Made by a program: the position numbers and the translations under genes. A stretch of DNA of 64,000 nucleotides, taken from the NCBI RefSeq assembly GCF_009914755.1, contig NC_060934.1. One strand, 5' to 3'. The notes below the pieces were generated by a model that saw only the letters and a list, made by a program, of their open reading frames with translations, searched no databases and was not told where the DNA came from. Origin of the DNA: the human T2T-CHM13v2.0 reference genome, Homo sapiens. Below, piece by piece: positions 55,561 to 64,000 of the stretch (positions are counted from its first letter, which is position 1; each line of letters begins with the position of its first letter).

Positions 55561-56646
55561 AAAGAAAACCTTGCAATCCCCCTATCTTACAGATAAGGAA
55601 ATAGCGCCCCTAGAGGAGAAGCAGCTGCCCCAAGGTCACAGAACTGCTGGGGGCAGAGCCGAATGCCTTCCCTCCATCACCCCGCTTACATATTGAGATG
55701 AAGCCTTTGTGGTTCTACCTGCCCACGTATCTGTCAGCTTCTGTGCAACTCATGTGTGCAGTCTAGTCCCCAGCGCAGTCCCTGGAACCTAGTAGGTGCT
55801 CAATAAATGCTTGTGAAACGCAAACGAACGGAAATGGGACTAGAAAACCCAGGTCCTTAATCTGGGTTTAGATTAAGACCAGACAGAATTTAGAAATCCA
55901 AGAGTACTGACCATTGTTTAGAGTCAGAGTAGCTGGAGGCTGGATGAATACACCCAACCCAGGGACGCCCGACCGCTGCCCACGCAGCTCCACTCCTGTC
56001 TACAGTGAAAAAAAGAGCCACTCCCTCCCTCCCTTCGTCATCTCCCCACTCCTTCCCAAGGCTGAGGATGAAGATATCCTCTGAGGGCTTCGCCTTAAAA
56101 CCTTAGAGCTGGAAGGAAATTTCCATCGCCTCTAGTTACAGTCTATGTAATGTTTTCTTAAATGATTTTCATTAAGTTCATTCAATATTTATTGTGCATC
56201 CACCATGAACAAGGCCCTATATTGCTCAAACAAGACATGTGATCCTTGTTAAAATCAAAAGCAAATTTACAAGTCAGGAGTCTTCTACAGCCAGAAGTAT
56301 TTAGTGGCCAAACATAAGTATTCAATACAGACTATAAATACTGCAGCTGTTATTTCAAAAAGCAAAAGCCCATTTTAAAAGAGGTTAAAAGAGGTCATTC
56401 TTGGAGAAGTTTTTTTCTTCTTGATTGGAAAAAAAATTTCCAGGCATAGGGAACTGATCACTGGACTGGGGATGTGTCCCCAACTCTTTTCCTAGCCAAT
56501 ACAGATAAGATCTGCTCTGGGACAACCAAAGAAAGCTAAAGAAGACATGATATCTGGCAAAACAAGCCTAAACAAACCTCTGGAAAGTCAAGAAAGAATT
56601 GGGGGGAATGCAAGATTTATTAGAGCCTGCAGGAAACCAAAGTTCA

Positions 56647-57093
<447 letters not shown>

Positions 57094-57169
57094 TTAACAG
57101 ATATGTGTGTACCTGGAGCCCAGCACGCTGTTTTACATGCAATGGAAGCCGTTCACGTTTGATGCAATT

Positions 57170-57860
57170 CAAGGCTTGGTGAGTCAAACTCAGTTACTTC
57201 ACGAGCTAAACGTTTACCTACCCTGTGACTCTGCACTTTTTCTCCTGAATATATGTATACACACACATATATATTTGTACGTATATATATTTGTACATGT
57301 GTATATAAACATAGATGTATAGATATAGATATATATACACACACAACAGAAATGAGCGGTTAGGTCCACCAAAAGACATGTAGAAGAATATTTATGACAG
57401 CCTCATTCAGAATAGCTCAGACTGGAAGCAGCTCAAATGTTCATCAACAGGGGAATGGATAAACAAATTGTGGCGTAGCTATACAATGGAATAATGAGCA
57501 AGAACAAGCCACTCAACAACATTAATGAATTACACAGGCATTATGCTGAGTGAAAGAAGCCAGACACAAGAATATATATTGTTTAATCCAATGTATATGA
57601 AATAGAACACAAGCAAATCTAATTTATAGTGACAGAAGTCAAAATAATGGTTGCCTTTGAGACAGCAGTAACTGAAAGCCGGCACAAGGGGACATTTTGG
57701 GCCTCTGGAAATGGTATTTTGATCTAGGTGGTGGTAATGTGTGCGTGTGTGTATAAATATTTATACACATATATACACGTTTAAGCATAAGTATGTAAAC
57801 ATACATCAAGTTATACACTTAAAATCAGTGCACTTTATGAAGGTTATGCCTCAATAGAAA
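57170..57860 (+). mobile_element. L1ME/MC-like fragment with (TA/CA) simple repeats
   Basis: TCCACCAAAAGACATGTAGAAGAAT, GAATGGATAAACAAATTGTGG, GCTGAGTGAAAGAAGCCAGACAC. Confidence 0.8.
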
Positions 57861-58667
57861 ACAGGAAGAAATCGTTTCGGCCAGGATGACAAGTGCATAG
57901 TGGGCAAGCTACCATTCTCCCCTCCCCGGCCCGCGGCAGATGTCGCTAATTAATCACCACACTCCTTTCCTTTGAGCTCGGCTTCAGAACCATCTCAATC
58001 CAGTGCTCCAGCCAGCTGTGCTTTGAGGCAAAACTCTCAGCTTTCCCTCATGTATACACAAGTATGTTGATTAAGATAATTAATTAATCATCTTACCATC
58101 TTAATTATTAATTATCATCTTCAATTTGTTAAGCCACACTCTGAGGAAGCCTGACTCTCACTATGGACTGGTGGCAGCTTCCCCAAAGTCTGGGTTCAGT
58201 TCCCAGGAGGAAGTGGCTTCTGAAGAGCACATTTGGATGCGGGAGAGTGACAGCGGGAGGGGCACCCCACAGGAAGGAAGCCCCTTGACAGAGGGCTGGC
58301 GGATTAACGCAGCACACAGGTAAGCATGGGACCCAGGAAAGGCTCAAGTTTGGGCACATTTTCTACCAAGTGGAACTAACTGGTTTTTCTTGACTGAGGA
58401 GAGGGAAGAGGAGAGAAGTTGAGGCTGGACTGCAGGGACTGGCACCTCTTGATTTGCCCGAGGTTCTCTGGCACCTGAAGCACAGCCTGCCCCTCAACAG
58501 TCACCAAGGCACTGTGTCTTATCGGGGAGGATAACGCTTCCTGTGGGGTTCATCCTGCACAGCGTACAAAATCTTCCGCTTCACTATCACGCCATCATGA
58601 GATCTGGATAGGGTGGGAATTAGCCTCTCCACCCCAAACCCCCGCCTCATTTTAAAATAAGAAAACT

Positions 58668-59351
<684 letters not shown>

Positions 59352-59519
59352 TCATACAAAGCCCGTGCTCCTTCTGTGCCTTATCCTTTCATTTTAGTTT
59401 TTATTTTTCATCAAAGTTATCCATGGACATAAATGGACAACTTGTTCTGCAAGATTTTTTATGAAAATGGCAGTTCCTCGTCCCCATTTCCCTCTCCTGA
59501 AAGTAACAACTTTCACCAC

Positions 59520-59880
59520 TTTATTTTTTATTATTTATTTTACTTTTTTTGAGACGGGGTCTTGCTGTGTCACCCAGGCTGGAGTGCAGTGGCACAAGCA
59601 CAGCTCACTGTAGCCTTGACTTCCTGGGCACAAGTGATCCTCTAACCTCAGCTTCCTGAGTAGCTGTGACTACCGGTGCATGTCACCACGCCTGGCTAAT
59701 TTTTGTATGTTGAGGGAGATTTGGGGTTTTGCCATGTTGCCCAGGCTCGTCTCAAACTCCTAGGCTCAAGTGATCTGCCTGCTTCGAGGCTGCAGTGAGC
59801 TATGATCATGCCACTGCATGCCAGCCTGGGCAACAGAGGAAGCCCTTGTCTCAAAAAATAAATACAATAAGATACAAAAA
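59520..59880. mobile_element. Head-to-head fused Alus (minus 59520-59783, plus right arm 59786-59880)
   Basis: Reverse Alu switches abruptly to forward GAGGCTGCAGTGAGCTATGATC. Confidence 0.85.
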
Positions 59881-60188
59881 AGCGGTATTGCACTGGTTAT
59901 AGTTTAGCTTCTCTCTACTGGCTGACTGCTAAGAAAGATGTTGCAGCTAATTAATGAAAAAGGAATGATCAAATTAGAGTGATACCATTTTGTACCCACC
60001 AATTAATGAATGAATCTAGGCATTGTGTATCAGCAGCTGTGAACGTCACTCCCTTTACACATACACACACACACAAATAATACATTATGTGCTCCTCTTG
60101 AGGAAGGAACACACCATCACCTATAGTTGTCAAAAAATCAAAACCTGAATTTGATCAAGCCTCTAGATTTACCAATTTACTGGAAATA

Positions 60189-60380
60189 CAGACATATTCC
60201 AGAGATATTGTAGGTTCAGTTCCAGACAACCACAATAAAGAGAATATTGCAATGAAGCGAGTCACATGAATTTGTTGGTTTCTCAGTGCATATAAAAGTT
60301 ATGTTTACCCTACACTGTAGTCTCTTAAGCATGCAATTACTATTGTGTTTTAAAAGGCAATGTATATACTTTAAAAATAC
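60189..60380 (-). mobile_element. Tigger1-like terminal fragment
   Basis: CAGACATATTCCAGAGATATTGTAGGTTCAGTTCCAGAC...AAGCGAGTCACATGAATT resembles the Tigger1 terminus. Confidence 0.75.
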
Positions 60381-60805
60381 TTGGCCGGGCACAGTGGCTC
60401 ACGCCTGTAATCCCAGCATTTTGGGAGGCCAAAAGTGGATTACCGTAGTCACAATTTAAATTTACTTTTAGAATTATTTGATTCATATCTGCCTCACTCG
60501 CTAGGCTTTAAGCTCCAAGAAGGCAGGAGTCATGCCTGTATTAGCTCGTCATTTTATCTCCTGGTTTAGCACATGCCTGGCGCATTGCAGGTGCTCAGTG
60601 AAGAGAAACTGAATGAACTAAATATTAGATTGACAAGAGAGTTTGGTCCTCCCATCCCAGCTGCCACCGTTTGCATGCTGTTGCCCAAGGAAACCTGCCA
60701 CCTTCTGCAGCCGTTAGACCCCTCCTAGAGGAGCCACCTCACCTCCCTCCACCTGCTCCCTCCTCTTCACCCTCCTTGCCTGCTGCTCAGAAGCTCTAGG
60801 CAACT

Positions 60806-61104
60806 GGCTGGGTACAGTGGCTCACACCTGTAATCCCAGCACTTTGGGAGGCTGAGGCAGGCAGATCACCTAAGGTCAGGAGTTCAAGACCAGCCTGGTC
60901 AACATGGTGAAACTCCGCCTCTACTAAAAATGCAAAAATTAGCTGGGCATGGTGGTGCCTATAATCCCAGCTACTTGAGAGGCTGAGGCACGAGACTTGC
61001 TTGAACCTGGGTGGCGGAGGTTGCGGTAAGCTGAGATAGCGCCACTGCACTCCAGCCTGGGTGACAGAGTGAGACTCCGTCTCAAAAAAAAAAAAAAAAA
61101 AAAA
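60806..61104 (+). mobile_element. Alu (AluS-like)
   Basis: Full dimer with A tail. Confidence 0.94.
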
Positions 61105-61264
61105 TGCTCCAAGCAACTAGAATAGACCTAGAAGAACTGAGGCAGCCATGCAAACCTGGCCCCTCTGGCCCCACTGAGAGCCAAAACCTCCTCCGCAGGT
61201 CCCTAACAAGCCAGTGAGTCTGGGTCCTAGGTCCTGGGTACTTCCCCTAAGGCCTGGAACTTCC

Positions 61265-61543
61265 TTTTTTTGAGACAGAGTCTCACTCTCGTCCAGGCTG
61301 GAGTACAGTGGCAAGATCATGGCTCACTGCAGCCTCGACCTCCTGGGCACAAGTGATCCTCCCACCTCAGCCTAGTGGTTGAACTACAGGTACCCGCCAC
61401 CAGGCCCAGCTAATTTTTTGTAGAGATGAGGTTTCGCCATGTTGCCCAGGCTGGTCTCAAACTCCTAGGTTCAAGCAATCTGCCCGCCTTGCCCTCCCAA
61501 AGTGCTGGGATTTACAGGCATGAGCCGTCATGCCCAGCCTGGC
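61265..61543 (-). mobile_element. Alu (AluJ-like)
   Basis: Reverse dimer. Confidence 0.9.
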
Positions 61544-61779
61544 CTAGAAGATTCTTAAAGACGCATCACCACAGTCATCTGAAGAATTCCCTCCACCTAA
61601 GAACCTGCTCCCCCGACTCTACCCTGCTGGATGGAAAGAAGGCCTGGGCACGTATTCGATTATCCAGTGAGGACTTGCTGAGCGCCTGCCATGGCCAGGC
61701 TCTGTGTGAGATGGTTGGGGAATGTCAGTGAACAAACACGGCAGACACAGCCACGCTCCCCTTGCTCCTTGCTCACCAA

Positions 61780-62650
61780 ACAAATTTCATTCCATCTCTC
61801 ACCCTGGCCCCTTGGGGTCTTTGTTGTTTAAGCCAATCATGGTGTTATATTCCCTTATAAATGCTGGCATTTTTTTGTAGAGATGGGGTTTCGCCATGTT
61901 GCCCAGGCAGCAAGATGAAAAAGTACTTGGCACTACTACACTATACATTTTAAATGGTTAAGATGGTAAATTTTATATTGTGTTTCTTACTACAATTACA
62001 ATTTATTTTAAAAGTTTGCGCATGGGTAAGACTAAATTGTAGAGTTTAAGAAGGCACTCTTGGGTGAAATTATAAAGAAATGCAAGGAAGTTTTGCTATA
62101 AAAGTAGCTGAGTTTCTCTTTGAGTATTTCGCTCTAAGTACCACCATTGTCTGTCCAGTCAGACAAGAGGACTCAGGCTGTCACACCCTGAGTGCCCAGT
62201 GAAGCTGGAGCTGAACCCCAGGCCATCCTGTTTCCACTACACCGATGCTAGCATTCACAAGGGAATAGAGCACCATGACTGGCTTAGACGAATGACAATC
62301 CCAGCCAATAAAACTTGACGAGGCGTCTGCTGGGAGCTGCTGGGAAGGTTTTCCTCACCCTTACAAAGGGACATGAAGAAGAAACACCTCCTCCTCAGGC
62401 CAACATTGTGTGATGCCTGGAGCTGGGGCAGCAATTTTGCAACCTCGAGGGAAATGACTGCCACGGTGAGAATGGCAAGGCTGAAAGAAAGAACCCAGGT
62501 TATTGGTGACAATGCTGAGCTTCTGGATTCACCACCCTGGACATGCCCTTCCCCTGATATTTTTGTGGCCTATAAAGATGAAAGCCCTCATTGTTTACAC
62601 TGGTCCTGGATGAGTTTTCTATTACTTGCAACCAAAAGCCACCTACAAGG
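61780..62650 (+). mobile_element. MLT1(J/K)-like LTR interrupted by a composite insertion
   Basis: TAAGCCAATCATGGT..TTCCCTT, TGTGATGCCTGGAGCTGGGGCAGCAATTTTG, TTTTCTATTACTTGCAACCAAAAGC motifs. Confidence 0.65.
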
Positions 62651-63199
62651 GACAGCTCACGCTTCCTGAGCAACTGCTGGCTAGCAGGCACCGAGTCACA
62701 GACCTTAGTACTCTCTCATTATTCCCACTCACCGCTTAGGAGCTGGAAGTCATGACCCCATTTTATAGCTGAGGAAGCTGAGACCCAGAGATCAACAGGG
62801 ACTCGCTGTGTCACACACTGAGTGCCCAGTGGAGCTGGAACTGAAGCCCAGGACATTCTCTTTCCACTACACCAATGGTGGTGATAGATTTCATCACTAT
62901 GCCCATTGGAACTCTCCGCTACAAGTGCAAGGAAGGGGAACTAGGCCAGCCCAAGCCACAGGGTATCCAGGAACTCAGAATCAGTCTCTCTCTCTCTCTC
63001 TCTCTCCCGCCAGCTCTCTGTCTCTCTCCCATCATTGCATGCTCCATACTCTCAGGCCAGCTGCCCCACTAGGCTAGAAGTATGGCCACCAGCAACCCTA
63101 GTCTCACATCCCAATAGCCAAGGGACAAAAAGGACAGCAGTCTCACTTTCCCCAGCTCGAGTTTTATTGGCCAACCTTGGGCCACATACCCCTGCCTTG

Positions 63200-63600
63200 G
63201 GCTAATCATGTGAGTCTGAATTCTGGGTGCTACTTCCTGGTCTGTGGCTTGGACTATTCAAGCTCTCTAAGACTCAGTTTGCCCATCCTTAAACAAGGAT
63301 AATAATAATCGTACCTACTTCATTGGGTTTTTGGGGGGATCATTCATTGATTTAATGAATACTTATTGCAGCCAATTCTGTGCCAGGCAGTGTGTTAGGT
63401 GTTGAAGCTACAGTAGAGGACAGAGACCCAATCGCTGCCCTCGTGGAGTTAATAGTCTAGCGAGAAAGACAGATGTTACATAAATAAACACATGAACGAT
63501 TCTCTCTATTACAACTATGAGAAGTGTTTTAAAAGTACAGAGTTCCACTGGAGAGAGGGAAAGGAGACCTAGCTCAGGTCAAATGAGTAACATTTAAAGA
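63200..63600. mobile_element. MIR followed by an L2 fragment
   Basis: CTCAGTTTGCCCATCCTTAAA..AATAATAAT..ACCTACTTC (MIR); TGTGCCAGGCAGTGTGTTAGGTG..GCCCTCGTGGAGTT (L2). Confidence 0.65.
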
Positions 63601-64000
63601 GCCCAACACTGGGCTTGGCACGACTTAGCTTTCAGTCTATGTAGCTATCATATAGTTTTTACTCGGCATCCTCCCAACCCTCTGGCCTCCCCACAGCCAC
63701 TTCCCACAGGGAGAGGAGCTGAGTGACTTGGCTGCCCTGCAGCCAATTACAAGCTTCCTAGGGGACAGACAGCAAGTGTGGCACATGCGTTGGGACAGCA
63801 GCGGTACAGCAGGTCCCAGGGAAGCGCAATGCTGGTGGGCGGCACACACCCAGCTGATGACATCGCCACTTATTGGGAGCAGCCTTTCCTGGGCTCCAGC
63901 TGAAGACCCAACCAGGAGGCCTGCAGAGGCCCCAGTGGCTTCTCAGGTTCCAGGGTCTCCCAAGCTCCTTCGGCTGGCTCTGCATGGAACCCTAAAATGC

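Noticed and set aside
54796-55596. 266-aa plus-strand ORF over the orphan CpG island
   Set aside because: Non-ATG start, GC-driven, no domain similarity and no supporting splice structure.

Overview
Primate (by all appearances human) genomic DNA, not microbial. The window holds the 5' end of the axon-guidance gene SLIT1 on the minus strand. It includes a CpG-island promoter (~43.9-45.35 kb), coding exon 1 (44341-44537; signal peptide plus LRR N-terminal cysteine cap) and three 72-nt single-LRR exons (23684-23755, 22246-22317, 16683-16754). These splice with canonical GT-AG sites into 413 nt of CDS, and intron 4 runs off the left edge. The rest is intron or upstream sequence rich in Alu, L1M, L2/MIR/L3, MaLR LTR (THE1, MLT1) and Tigger/MER relics and simple repeats, plus a second, orphan CpG island at ~55.1-55.6 kb. 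Almost all ORFs in the supplied track are artefacts of repeats or GC-rich sequence. Most notable observations: (1) a strong-Kozak upstream ORF overlapping the SLIT1 start codon out of frame; (2) a candidate in-frame alternative terminal exon plus polyA site in intron 4 that would give a ~199-aa secreted mini-SLIT1; (3) symmetric stop-free LRR exons bracketed by inverted Alus; (4) several candidate neural enhancers; (5) local template-switch scars, including a patchwork insertion bounded by a 45-bp inverted repeat. I found no convincing wholly new biological system. Repeat boundaries and subfamily names were judged by eye and are approximate.
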